Shown piece after piece: positions 33,321 to 42,369 of a DNA stretch of 64,000 nt (position 1 is the stretch's first letter; every line of letters begins with the position of its first letter). The stretch is from Candidatus Gastranaerophilaceae bacterium (lineage in GTDB: Bacteria > Cyanobacteriota > Vampirovibrionia > Gastranaerophilales > Gastranaerophilaceae), in assembly GCA_045638025.1 (NCBI GenBank), contig JAZUAO010000006.1, positions 3,281 to 67,280 of the forward strand. The letters are read 5' to 3'. The translations under genes and the position numbers were made by a program. The notes under the pieces were generated by a model. The model did no database searches, was not told the origin of the DNA, and was given only the letters and a program-made list of their open reading frames with translations.

Positions 33321-34910
33321 GTGACACAATCAGGTATTCAAAATTCATTGTCTTTTAAACCAAATTCTGCTTTTTGGAATAATACAACAAACCATTTAAG
33401 TGGGACATCACCTCATTGCAAAGTAGCTTATTTAGGAAATGCGGAAGCAGATGCTTTAGACATTGTTTCTAATATGCAATATGAAACAAATAGCAAATCA
33501 AATATATTTTTAAAAAAATATATTGAAACCAAAGCAAATACAAAAGGGATAAAAATTCCTGAAAGTTTAAACATAGAAATTTCCAGCCCTAAAGCTTTTT
33601 CGCCAGAATATAAAAAGTTGGCACGTTATGTTCGTACAAAAATTTATGGTGCTAGATTAAAAGACATGCTAAATCTTATGCAAAAAGATAAGGAAGAAGT
33701 CAAAGAGAGAATTGACAAAATGCTTATTCCGGATGAAGATAAAGCAAAAATTTATGAACTTAAAACAATATTTGATTCTTATTACAAAATAGAAGCAAAT
33801 TGTAATGGTAAAAAGATAAATTTACTTGATATGTCTGCTAAAGATAAACAAGAATTAGAAAATTTAGATCCTAAATTTGCAAAATTTATTGAAGAAGAAC
33901 AGACAGAATTAAAAGAACAAACAGTTAAATTTACCCAAAAAGAAGCTAACAAAGATGAATTATCCGAAGCCGGCTTTTTGTCTAGGGTAGGTGCTCCTAT
34001 TGTAATGGCAATTTTGGGCTTGAGCTTATATAGAGGTATAAAAGAAACTCGTCAAACTGCTAAAGCGGCTAAAGACTTAACTAAATTTTTAGCAGAACAA
34101 AAAGAAATTTATAAAGCTGGTAAACCATTATTTGTAAATCCAATAAAAGCATTTGCTGAAGCTCTAAAATCATCAAAAGGTGCTAAAGGTGCTGCTGTTG
34201 GCGGAGCTGGATTATTAGCAAGTTATCTTTGGAAAACTTTAATTGGCAGTTTAGATGATTTGTCAGGCGCAGCCAAAGATTCGGTTCAAGATGCTGATAA
34301 CTTCGGGGCAAAAACAAGTGCTTTAATTAATATTCCATCTGCCTTAGTTGGTGTACTATCAAGTGCATTTATCGCACCAACTATTGATGCACATATTAGT
34401 TTTAATAGTGCAGAGAAACATTTATTAAAACACGGTATATTAGAACCACTAAAAGGTGCTAAAAAATATTTACACTTTGCTAAAAAAGGTCTAATCGGAG
34501 CAGCATTAGGTGTTGTAATAGCAGCTTGTTCTTCAGGTTCTAGCTGGGCTTCAATGCTCGGCACTCGCATAAAATTTGCTTTGAACGGTAAAAAACTTGA
34601 AGAAAAAAATATCATTTCTAAAGAAGAAAATACTTCAAAAAACGCTACAGATAACATGATGCAGTATGAAGCTTATTACGGCAAATGGGATGGTATCGCA
34701 AAAGGTGACCCTACAATCGGAGCACTAGGAGGAGGTTTAGGCTTATTTACAAGCACAAATCCATACATCCAAAACTTATCTTTCGGATTACAGGGTTGTA
34801 GCGAAACTTTAACAGCTTGTGGTGTTCAACTTGCCGGTAACAAAGTTCGAGAAAGCAAATTAGATAAAGAAAAACAAGCTCTTATTGAATCAGCTAAAAC
34901 GGGGAGTTAA
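33321..34910 (+). CDS. hypothetical multi-pass membrane protein (529 aa)
   Basis: GTG start with AGGAG RBS. The N-terminal ~215 aa are soluble and K/E-rich. Several Gly/Ala-rich hydrophobic segments follow (VGAPIVMAILGLSLY, AAVGGAGLLASYLW, LIGAALGVVIAACSSG). No family is recognised. Confidence 0.6.
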   Translation: MTQSGIQNSLSFKPNSAFWNNTTNHLSGTSPHCKVAYLGNAEADALDIVSNMQYETNSKSNIFLKKYIETKANTKGIKIPESLNIEISSPKAFSPEYKKLARYVRTKIYGARLKDMLNLMQKDKEEVKERIDKMLIPDEDKAKIYELKTIFDSYYKIEANCNGKKINLLDMSAKDKQELENLDPKFAKFIEEEQTELKEQTVKFTQKEANKDELSEAGFLSRVGAPIVMAILGLSLYRGIKETRQTAKAAKDLTKFLAEQKEIYKAGKPLFVNPIKAFAEALKSSKGAKGAAVGGAGLLASYLWKTLIGSLDDLSGAAKDSVQDADNFGAKTSALINIPSALVGVLSSAFIAPTIDAHISFNSAEKHLLKHGILEPLKGAKKYLHFAKKGLIGAALGVVIAACSSGSSWASMLGTRIKFALNGKKLEEKNIISKEENTSKNATDNMMQYEAYYGKWDGIAKGDPTIGALGGGLGLFTSTNPYIQNLSFGLQGCSETLTACGVQLAGNKVRESKLDKEKQALIESAKTGS

Positions 34911-34912
34911 TA

Positions 34913-35917
34913 ATGCAAATAACAAAATTCAACAACAAAACTTATCAATCTAAATTTAATAACAATCAAACTAATAATTATATCAATACCCCTCAAGATA
35001 CCGTTTCTTTTAGCGGACATTTAGGTCAAGAAAAACTTGTTAAAAAAGGGGTTAAATACGTTCTACGTCACGAAACAGCATTATTTAGAGATATGCAAAC
35101 CAAAAACTTTGTAGTCAACTACATCAATGAAAATTTTGGACACAAATCTAATATCAAAATGGTTATCGGCGGTTGTTGTTCTGGGGAAGAAGCTTATACT
35201 TATTCAATGCTATTAAATTCACCAAGAGTTTCAATATTAGGTTTTGATTTATCAGAAAATGCAATTAAACAAGCAAAATCAGGGGAGGTTTTAATGCAAA
35301 CTCCTAAAAAATACAAAGGCAAGTTACTAGATTGTTATACACAATCTCACAAAGATGCATTTCTTTGCTTTGAAACTGGTGAAGCTCTGACACCTGAGCA
35401 AATAGCACAAAAACAACTTTTCGATGAGCACTTTGATCTAACGCCAGAAATTTTCCCTGATAAAGAAACTTTAAAATTTAAATTCACAAAATGGTATATG
35501 GCAAAATTCTTAAAAATAGCAATGCCAAGTTACAACAACAGAATCGTAAAAATTAAAGATGGGAAATTTACAAATTGTGAATTTAAGACCGGTGATATAA
35601 TGGACTTAGGCAAAGTTACAAATGGTGAAAAAGCTGACATTATAACCTTTTCAAATGCAATGTATCATTTAACCACCAATGATATCGGAAATGGAATGAT
35701 GAGATATCCAAAAGAAAATTCCGAAGAAATTATTCGAAAAATTGCATTACAAGTAAAAGAAAATTTAAATCCAAACGGATTATTCGTTCTTGGAGAAAAC
35801 GAAGTTACACAAATGATGGATTCAACAACTATTCCAAAAGTTTTTAAAGAACTAGGTTTTGAACCATTAAATAAAACTGATGAACACTTTGTAAATGTTT
35901 GGAGATTAGTAAAATAA
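34913..35917 (+). CDS. CheR-like SAM-dependent methyltransferase with N/Q-rich N-terminal extension
   Basis: 334 aa with ETALFRD...KMVIGGCCSGEEAYTYSMLL...ILGFDLSENAIKQAKSG, parallel to the CheR pattern FFRD...W.AGCSTGEEPYS.A...DI....L..A..G. It starts 3 nt after the stop of the preceding gene. Confidence 0.6.
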   Translation: MQITKFNNKTYQSKFNNNQTNNYINTPQDTVSFSGHLGQEKLVKKGVKYVLRHETALFRDMQTKNFVVNYINENFGHKSNIKMVIGGCCSGEEAYTYSMLLNSPRVSILGFDLSENAIKQAKSGEVLMQTPKKYKGKLLDCYTQSHKDAFLCFETGEALTPEQIAQKQLFDEHFDLTPEIFPDKETLKFKFTKWYMAKFLKIAMPSYNNRIVKIKDGKFTNCEFKTGDIMDLGKVTNGEKADIITFSNAMYHLTTNDIGNGMMRYPKENSEEIIRKIALQVKENLNPNGLFVLGENEVTQMMDSTTIPKVFKELGFEPLNKTDEHFVNVWRLVK

Positions 35918-35946
35918 AAAAGAAACCATAAGGCTTCTTTTTAAAT

Positions 35947-36121
35947 TTGAGCCCGTAGAGACAGTCTTGCTCGTCTCTTTTTTTTAATCTAGAACTAGAG
36001 AGACTCGCCTGCATCGTTGGCGAGCAACACGAGCCTTACGAGGCAGGATACCCGAATGGGTAGAACTCTATTATTTTTATTCGGCAAATAAAAATAATCA
36101 GTTCGCAGTCTTTGTGCTCAA
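35947..36121. ncRNA. candidate structured small RNA of unknown class (strand unresolved)
   Basis: A 175-nt non-coding segment, visibly more GC-rich than neighbouring spacers. Its ends are complementary (TTGAGC 35947-35952 / GCTCAA 36116-36121). Internal hairpins include CTCGCC-N9-GGCGAG and GCCT-TACG-AGGC (UNCG-type loop). It is bounded by terminator-like hairpins. Confidence 0.3.
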
Positions 36122-36124
36122 TTT

Positions 36125-36159
36125 AAAAGAGGGTTAGACTTTTGTCTTAACCCTCTTTT
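36125..36159. terminator. strong bidirectional hairpin terminator downstream of tRNA-Leu
   Basis: AAAAGAGGGTTAGAC-TTTT-GTCTTAACCCTCTTTT: stem of about 14 bp with a one-nt bulge, flanked by A/T runs. Confidence 0.7.
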
Positions 36160-36164
36160 AAGTT

Positions 36165-36246
36165 TGGGCCCGGAGAGACTCGAACTCTCACACATTGCTG
36201 CGCTAGATCCTAAGTCTAGTGCGTCTACCAATTTCGCCACAGGCCC
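36165..36246 (-). tRNA. tRNA-Leu (anticodon TAG), long variable arm
   Basis: Reverse complement is GGGCCTGTGGCGAAATTGGTAGACGCACTAGACTTAGGATCTAGCGCAGCAATGTGTGAGAGTTCGAGTCTCTCCGGGCCCA, with anticodon loop CTTAGGA and T-loop GTTCGAGTC. Confidence 0.9.
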
Positions 36247-36393
36247 TTCAATTGTCATCGACTCTTATTAATGTATCGTAAGCATATTTTATTGTCAATA
36301 GCTAGATGAAAAATTAGTAAACAAAACTCCCCAACTTAACAATGACTTTATAAAAATTAAATTTTAAAATTCTAAAAAAGTTGAGGGGAATTT

Positions 36394-36975
36394 ATGCAAA
36401 AAACATTATTAATTTTAGGTTTATTTCTAGTAAGCAATTGTACACACGCTGCAAATATCGATTATGCTAAAGATGGGTTTCCGCCACTACAGCCACCAAT
36501 AACACCGATTACAACACCAAAATATCAACGACATTACAAACAACAAACAACCAATTTTACCAAATTAAACAGACTTGAAAAAAAAGTTTTTAATCGAACC
36601 TTTGAAGACGATTTAGTCGAAAATAGGATTTCAAGACTTGAAGAACAAATTTTTGGAACAATTCAAAGTGGAAATCTAAATAATCGTTATCTTGTCTTGC
36701 AAAAAGCAGTACCTCGATATATTTCACAAGCCTATAATTCTGATTATTCACCATCATGCAATATGAATAGCGGATGGCGAGGCCTCGCTGGTTCATTAGG
36801 AAACCTTTTCAATATGGGCTATATGGGATATCCTACAGGAATGTCCCCTCAAATTAACATGCCAAACTTTAATTATTCGACTCCCGATTTTCAGCGAGCT
36901 AATTTTTCTAACAGGAGTTGGGATATTCACAACCAAAGCATTGGAACAGGCTCAAGAATTAGAATTTTAGATTAG
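36394..36975 (+). CDS. secreted hypothetical protein
   Basis: 193 aa with a signal peptide MQKTLLILGLFLVSNCTHAAN. The middle is helical (RLEKKVFNRTFEDDLVENRISRLEEQIFG) and the C-terminus is N/S/M/G-rich. Confidence 0.6.
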   Translation: MQKTLLILGLFLVSNCTHAANIDYAKDGFPPLQPPITPITTPKYQRHYKQQTTNFTKLNRLEKKVFNRTFEDDLVENRISRLEEQIFGTIQSGNLNNRYLVLQKAVPRYISQAYNSDYSPSCNMNSGWRGLAGSLGNLFNMGYMGYPTGMSPQINMPNFNYSTPDFQRANFSNRSWDIHNQSIGTGSRIRILD

Positions 36976-37073
36976 AAATAATTGACTTTTAATAAAAAAT
37001 CATTAAATCTCATACAAACAGATGTTTATAATACACACTTAATCATTCATAATGCATGATAAGAAGGTGTAAT

Positions 37074-37571
37074 ATGCCATTCAGATACCGTTTACAAAAA
37101 GTATTAGATTTCAGAGTTCGTAAAAAAGAAGAGCAGTTATTGGTAGTGCAGAAAGCTCAACAAGCTGTATTCATAGCGGAAGAAAATATACGCAAAAATA
37201 ATGAAGAAATCGAATCAACAAAACGAGGTCTGAGGCAAGCAGATCCCATGATGTATGAGGCTTACGACAAATACCTTAACCACTTATGGGAAAAAGCTGA
37301 AGAACTTGAACAAATTCGAATAGAAGCACAGAAACAACTTGATATTGAAAAGCAAATTCTGGTAAAACTCGAACAAGCAGTAAAAGTTCTAGAAAAACAC
37401 AAAGAACGTCACAAAGAAATTTATATCGCTGAAGAAAAAGCAGCAGAATTAAAACAATATTCAGAGCTCGGCGTTGTAAGATTCTTTAGACAAAACCAAG
37501 AAAAACTTGAGCAGGAAGAAAAAGATATCCTGTTGGAATTACAAAAAATCGAGGGTGAAAATGGATATTAA
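37074..37571 (+). CDS. fliJ: flagellar export chaperone FliJ-like coiled-coil protein
   Basis: Start moved to ATG 37074 (AGAAGGTG RBS). 165 aa, all coiled-coil, with N-terminus MPFRYRLQKVLDFR typical of FliJ. It lies immediately upstream of the FliK-like and rod/hook genes. Confidence 0.55.
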   Translation: MPFRYRLQKVLDFRVRKKEEQLLVVQKAQQAVFIAEENIRKNNEEIESTKRGLRQADPMMYEAYDKYLNHLWEKAEELEQIRIEAQKQLDIEKQILVKLEQAVKVLEKHKERHKEIYIAEEKAAELKQYSELGVVRFFRQNQEKLEQEEKDILLELQKIEGENGY

Positions 37572-38877
37572 TACAAAAACTTCATCAGTAATAACTAAAG
37601 ATGCAAATGTTTCAACACAAACTCAACGAAACAATAAGAGTGATGTGTCTTTTTTAGATGAAATTAATAAATTTGCTAATGAAGTAGGTGAAACATCAGA
37701 AATTGTAACAAATGAACACGACGAAACAGAAATAAACTCTGAGCATAAGGCATTAATAAATAACACCCCTGAAATAAACTCAAAACATCAAATTAAGCCT
37801 ACCATAAATGCAGGCAACAATACAAATTTAATTAAACAAAATAAAGAAAAACATACAAAACCTGTTTTGATGCAACAAGTCGAAACAAACAAAGACTTAA
37901 ATGCAGAAATAAATAATTTAATCACATCTAAAGATAATAAAATTTCAGACAAGAATACTGCACAAGAAATTCATTTTTCTAAGCAAGAAACTAACAATAT
38001 TATTCCTGCAACAGAAGAAAGTTTTGCAAATTCAAACAAACCAAAATTTCAAAAAAATGAGAATATAAATCCGATTAAAAATTCGCAAAATGTAATAACA
38101 CCTAAAGATACTGTAGAGATCCAAAAATCTTCAATAAAAGTTACAGCAGAAAAACTGATTAATACAACAAAAGTTGAAGCTATTGAAGAAAAAATTAATA
38201 CCGAGATAGGAAACTCGTTACCTATCGAAAACATCGCAGTTGAAGCAGCTGCTATTGCATCCCAAACTGCTGCGGCTATACAGAACACAACAGAAACTAT
38301 TCAAAAAACGGATAATATACAAACACTGATAGAGGCAAATAAACAATTAGCTGATATAGCTTTAATTGCTGATGCAAAAATCGCAAATATTAATATCACA
38401 GAAAAAACTGCGACCAAAGACTCTATAAAAGTCGATTACTCTACAATACAAATGAGTACAGAAGATGCTGTTTTCTTCGCTGATTTAGTACAAGATACTG
38501 AAAAAACATTACAAAATGTAGTTGCAGATTTACAAAGCGAAGTTGAACATAAAGTTCAAGAAGCATCTAAAAACGTAAAAATTTCAGCAACTCTTATGAA
38601 TGCAATTTCAGAAGCTGCAAAAACAAATCAACCCATGAGAATAGATTTTGACAAAGACATTTCTATCATTATAAAAATAGATAAAGATGGTGCAGTTAAT
38701 GCAAAATTCATTCCTGGGGACAAAGCAGTTGAAGAATATTTAAAACAAAATATTAGCATGTTACGTCAAAGATTTGACGAACAGGAACTAAACTATAGAG
38801 ATTTGTCTTATTCAAATAGACAAAAACATAACCAAGAAAATAATAGAAGAAATAATAAGGAGAAGGATCATGAATGA
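37561..38877 (+). CDS. fliK: flagellar hook-length control protein FliK-like
   Basis: Start moved to ATG 37561 (GAGGGTG RBS). The N-terminal two thirds are low-complexity N/K/T/Q-rich. The C-terminal block MRIDFDKDISIIIKIDKDGAVNAKFIPGDKAVEEYLKQNISMLRQRFDEQ resembles the FliK C-terminal domain. Confidence 0.5.
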   Translation: MDINTKTSSVITKDANVSTQTQRNNKSDVSFLDEINKFANEVGETSEIVTNEHDETEINSEHKALINNTPEINSKHQIKPTINAGNNTNLIKQNKEKHTKPVLMQQVETNKDLNAEINNLITSKDNKISDKNTAQEIHFSKQETNNIIPATEESFANSNKPKFQKNENINPIKNSQNVITPKDTVEIQKSSIKVTAEKLINTTKVEAIEEKINTEIGNSLPIENIAVEAAAIASQTAAAIQNTTETIQKTDNIQTLIEANKQLADIALIADAKIANINITEKTATKDSIKVDYSTIQMSTEDAVFFADLVQDTEKTLQNVVADLQSEVEHKVQEASKNVKISATLMNAISEAAKTNQPMRIDFDKDISIIIKIDKDGAVNAKFIPGDKAVEEYLKQNISMLRQRFDEQELNYRDLSYSNRQKHNQENNRRNNKEKDHE

Positions 38878-39709
38878 TTCATTTATCACCGCTCTGAATA
38901 CGCAATTTGCTACAGTTAACTGGATGGATGTTATCTCAGATAACATGACAAACGTTTATACCCCAGGTTTTAGAGAGAAACAAGTAAACTTTAAGACGTT
39001 CCTTGGTGGTGCAATTGCTGACGATTATGATAAAAAAATCAGCCAAGGTAAATCAACTCCAGGTACCTCTAACGAAAACTTATTCTTAGAAGGTAAAGGG
39101 TTCTTTTTAGTAAAAAACGCTGAAGGCAAGAGTATTTACACACGTCTAGGTGAATTCACTTTTGACGGTGAAGGTGTTTATAAGGACAGAAACGGAAATA
39201 CCGTACAAGGTTACATCCTTAACGACAAAGGTGAAATCATGCAAGGAACTAAATCAATTAGTGCAGATTTATACCAACAAACTGCATTAAAAGGTGGTTC
39301 CCTTGATATACCAACCACAAATATAAAAATGTGGATAGACCCTAATAACGGTAAATACCTTGGTAAATATGATGATTATGAAATAAAAGGCGATGGTACT
39401 ATCTACGGTAAAGCCGATGGTGGCAAACGTATGGTTCCATTATACAGAATTACAACAAGAAACTTCCATAATTCAGCTGGCTTATATGAGTTCAAAAATG
39501 GACAATTTATCGAGACAGAAGAATCAGGTAAGCCTGTAATTGGTTGCGGCGAAATTCGTTCTGGCTTATTAGAACTTTCAAACGCTGACTTTAAAGGTAA
39601 TATTTCATACTACCAAATGGCGAAACTTCAAATGGAAGTAACAAACAAACTTATTTCAACACAAAAAGAACTACTACAAGAAGCATTAAGACTTGTTAGT
39701 GGTAGTTAA
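38870..39709 (+). CDS. flagellar hook/basal-body rod protein (FlgE/FlgF/FlgG family)
   Basis: 279 aa with the N-terminal rod signature VISDNMTNVYTPGFRE and the C-terminal LLELSNADF...MAKLQMEVTNKLISTQKELLQEALRL. Confidence 0.8.
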   Translation: MNDSFITALNTQFATVNWMDVISDNMTNVYTPGFREKQVNFKTFLGGAIADDYDKKISQGKSTPGTSNENLFLEGKGFFLVKNAEGKSIYTRLGEFTFDGEGVYKDRNGNTVQGYILNDKGEIMQGTKSISADLYQQTALKGGSLDIPTTNIKMWIDPNNGKYLGKYDDYEIKGDGTIYGKADGGKRMVPLYRITTRNFHNSAGLYEFKNGQFIETEESGKPVIGCGEIRSGLLELSNADFKGNISYYQMAKLQMEVTNKLISTQKELLQEALRLVSGS

Positions 39710-39736
39710 TTAACACAAGTATAAACTCCATTTTTC

Positions 39737-39762
39737 AAAAAGGGACGGAAGTCCCTTTTTTC
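39737..39762 (+). terminator. rho-independent terminator after the flagellar genes
   Basis: AAAA-AGGGAC-GGAA-GTCCCT-TTTTTT. Confidence 0.75.
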
Positions 39763-39798
39763 TTGTGCTTTATATGGTGGATTCTGGGCTTTAAGCAC

Positions 39799-39827
39799 TT
39801 GAAACTTTTTCATATTTGGTATATAAT
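39799..39827 (+). promoter_or_regulatory. sigma70-like promoter candidate for clpC
   Basis: TTGAAA (39799-39804), 17-nt spacer, TATAAT (39822-39827), 28 nt upstream of the ATG. A GGAGAAAAA RBS is present. Confidence 0.5.
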
Positions 39828-39855
39828 TTTTATATAGGAAGAGATAGGAGAAAAA

Positions 39856-42369
39856 ATGTTTGAACGTTTTACTGAAAAAGCCATAAAGGTCATAATGCTA
39901 GCTCAAGAAGAAGCTCGTAGATTAGGGCACAACTTTGTTGGGACAGAACAAGTTTTGCTTGGTCTTATTGGCGAAGGAACAGGAGTGGCAGCAAAAACTC
40001 TTAAGTCGATGGGCGTTAACCTAAAAGACGCTCGTACCGAGGTTGAAAAAATTATCGGTAGAGGTTCTGGTTTTGTTGCAGTTGAAATTCCATTCACTCC
40101 AAGAGCAAAAAGAGTTTTAGAACTTTCTTGGGATGAAGCAAGACAATTAGGCCACAATTATATAGGTACAGAACACCTTTTACTAGGTTTAATCAGAGAA
40201 GGTGAAGGCGTTGCCGCAAGAGTTCTAGAGAACCTTGGTGTTGATTTAAATAAAATCAGAAGCAACGTTATAAAAATGCTTGGTGAATCTAAACCACAAT
40301 CTTCATCAAGCAGTAGCAGTTCATCTTCAAGTTCTTCAAGCTCATCATCTTCAGGTGGAAAAACTAAAACACCTAGCCTTGATGAATTTGGTCGTGACTT
40401 AACTCTTGCTGCACAAGAATTAAGACTTGACCCTGTTGTAGGAAGAACAAAAGAAATTGAACGCGTAATCCAAATTTTAGCAAGAAGAACCAAAAACAAC
40501 CCTGTTTTAATAGGTGAACCTGGGGTTGGTAAAACTGCAGTTGCAGAAGGCCTTGCAATTAGAATTGTAAACGCAGAAGTTCCAGACATCTTGGATGGCA
40601 AAAAAGTTATCCAACTTGACATGGGTCTTTTGGTTGCAGGTACAAAATATAGAGGTGAGTTTGAAGAACGTCTTAAAAAGATTATGGACGAAATCAGACA
40701 ATCTGGAAATATTATTCTTGTAATCGACGAAATGCATACACTTATCGGCGCTGGTGCTGCTGAAGGTGCAATTGATGCGGCAAATATCTTAAAACCTGCA
40801 CTATCTCGTGGTGAAATTCAAGTTATCGGTGCTACAACTCTTGATGAATACAGAAAATACGTTGAAAAAGACTCTGCGCTTGAAAGACGTTTCCAATCTG
40901 TAATCATTGACGAGCCAACAGAAGAAGAATCTATTGAAATTATTTCTGGTATCAAAAACAAATATGAAGAACACCACAACTTGATAATTTCAGAAGATGC
41001 AGTTGTTGCGGCAGTTAAGTTATCAAACAAATATATTACAGACCGATTCTTACCTGATAAAGCAATCGACGTACTTGATGAAGCAAGTTCAAAAGTTCGT
41101 TTAAAAGTTTCTACACTTTCTCCAGAAGGTAAAGAAATGGAAAAAGAACTCAGAGCTTTAATCAAAGACAAAGAAGATGCTATCAGAAATCAAGAATTTG
41201 AAAGAGCTTCTCAATTGAGAGATGAAGAAGCTGATATGAAAGATAGAATTCGCGAAATGTCAGCTAAATGGAAAGAAGAGCACGAAGCTAACAAACCAAC
41301 TGTAACAGGTGAAAATGTTGCTGAAGTAATTGCGTTAATGACAGGCGTACCTGTAACAAAACTTACAGAAGGCGAAAGTGAAAGACTTCTTAAACTTGAA
41401 GATACTCTTCACGCTCGTGTTATTGGTCAAAACGATGCCGTTGTTGCAATTTCCAAAGCAATTAGACGAGCTCGTGTAGGCTTAAAATCACCAAACAGAC
41501 CTATCGGAAGCTTTATCTTCTGCGGGCCAACTGGGGTTGGTAAAACAGAATTAGCAAAAGCTTTAGCTGAAGCTGTATTCGGTTCAGAAGACAACATGAT
41601 AAGAGTTGATATGTCAGAATTTATGGAAAAACATTCAACTGCAAAACTTATCGGTTCTCCTCCAGGATATGTTGGTTATGATGACGGTGGTCACTTAACT
41701 GAACTTATCAGAAAGAAACCATATTCAGTTGTACTATTTGACGAAATCGAAAAAGCACACCCTGATGTATTCAACATCATGTTACAAATTCTTGATGATG
41801 GTAGATTAACCGACTCTAAAGGTCGTCATATCAACTTCAAAAATACAATCATTATTATGACATCTAACGTTGGTGCTAGTATGATTACAACAACATCAAG
41901 ATTAGGTTTCTCAACAAGCGAAGATGAATCTAAGAGCAAATATGAAAAACTTAAAGATACTGTTTCTGAAGAAATGAAAAAAGCTTTCAGACCTGAATTC
42001 TTGAACCGTATTGACGAAACTATCGTATTTGCACACTTGAGCAAAGAAGAAATTAGACAAATAGTTGACTTGATGTTAAAAGACTTGTTTAAACGTCTTC
42101 AAGAACGTGAGTTATCAGTGGATGTAACCGATGAAGTTAAAGATCATTTAGCTGAAAACGGATACTCAGAAGCATACGGTGCTAGACCTCTACGCCGCTT
42201 AATTCAACGCAAAATTGAAGATGAACTAGCTGAAGAAATTTTATCTGGCAAATATGCTAATGGCGATACTATTAAAATGGTATTAAAAGAAGGCAGAATC
42301 TCATTTGAAAAAGCTAGAAAAAGATCTAAAGCAAAAGTTGAACAAGAAGAAGAAACTATTCAAGCATGA
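39856..42369 (+). CDS. clpC: ATP-dependent Clp protease ATP-binding subunit ClpC (class I AAA+), with poly-Ser linker
   Basis: 837 aa with double Clp_N repeats (FTEKAIKV..., [10 protein letters not shown]...), two Walker A sites ([16 protein letters not shown]) and a UVR-like motif ([16 protein letters not shown]). Confidence 0.93.
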   Translation: MFERFTEKAIKVIMLAQEEARRLGHNFVGTEQVLLGLIGEGTGVAAKTLKSMGVNLKDARTEVEKIIGRGSGFVAVEIPFTPRAKRVLELSWDEARQLGHNYIGTEHLLLGLIREGEGVAARVLENLGVDLNKIRSNVIKMLGESKPQSSSSSSSSSSSSSSSSSSGGKTKTPSLDEFGRDLTLAAQELRLDPVVGRTKEIERVIQILARRTKNNPVLIGEPGVGKTAVAEGLAIRIVNAEVPDILDGKKVIQLDMGLLVAGTKYRGEFEERLKKIMDEIRQSGNIILVIDEMHTLIGAGAAEGAIDAANILKPALSRGEIQVIGATTLDEYRKYVEKDSALERRFQSVIIDEPTEEESIEIISGIKNKYEEHHNLIISEDAVVAAVKLSNKYITDRFLPDKAIDVLDEASSKVRLKVSTLSPEGKEMEKELRALIKDKEDAIRNQEFERASQLRDEEADMKDRIREMSAKWKEEHEANKPTVTGENVAEVIALMTGVPVTKLTEGESERLLKLEDTLHARVIGQNDAVVAISKAIRRARVGLKSPNRPIGSFIFCGPTGVGKTELAKALAEAVFGSEDNMIRVDMSEFMEKHSTAKLIGSPPGYVGYDDGGHLTELIRKKPYSVVLFDEIEKAHPDVFNIMLQILDDGRLTDSKGRHINFKNTIIIMTSNVGASMITTTSRLGFSTSEDESKSKYEKLKDTVSEEMKKAFRPEFLNRIDETIVFAHLSKEEIRQIVDLMLKDLFKRLQERELSVDVTDEVKDHLAENGYSEAYGARPLRRLIQRKIEDELAEEILSGKYANGDTIKMVLKEGRISFEKARKRSKAKVEQEEETIQA
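40300..40353 (+). repeat. 18-codon serine run inside clpC (mixed TCN/AGY codons)
   Basis: tct tca tca agc agt agc agt tca tct tca agt tct tca agc tca tca tct tca, lying between the N-domain and AAA+ module 1. Confidence 0.85.

Noticed and set aside
34286-34657. A 123-aa antisense ORF inside the 529-aa membrane protein gene, and similar ones at 46719-47126, 47178-47387, 50262-50654 and 43220-43570.
   Set aside because: Each lies fully within a much longer sense ORF that has an RBS and sensible TM or domain architecture. Rejection is somewhat less certain for 34286-34657, because its host gene has no known homologues.
36084-36137. A tmRNA-like tag reading frame: GCA AAT AAA AAT AAT CAG TTC GCA GTC TTT GTG CTC AAT TTA AAA GAG GGT TAG (ANKNNQFAVFVLNLKEG*). 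It starts with Ala-Asn like many SsrA tags, and its stop codon lies inside a hairpin.
   Set aside because: No tRNA-like acceptor and T-arm (GGTTCGA...CCA) exists on the same strand. The tag does not end in the usual hydrophobic ..AA. The space downstream is occupied by tRNA-Leu on the opposite strand. It is kept only as part of the unassigned ncRNA candidate.
40158-40622. A 154-aa antisense ORF (and neighbours 39903-40157, 40818-41171, 41826-42044) opposite clpC.
   Set aside because: clpC is unambiguous on the plus strand. The antisense products are low-complexity Ser/Pro/Leu strings without starts supported by an RBS.
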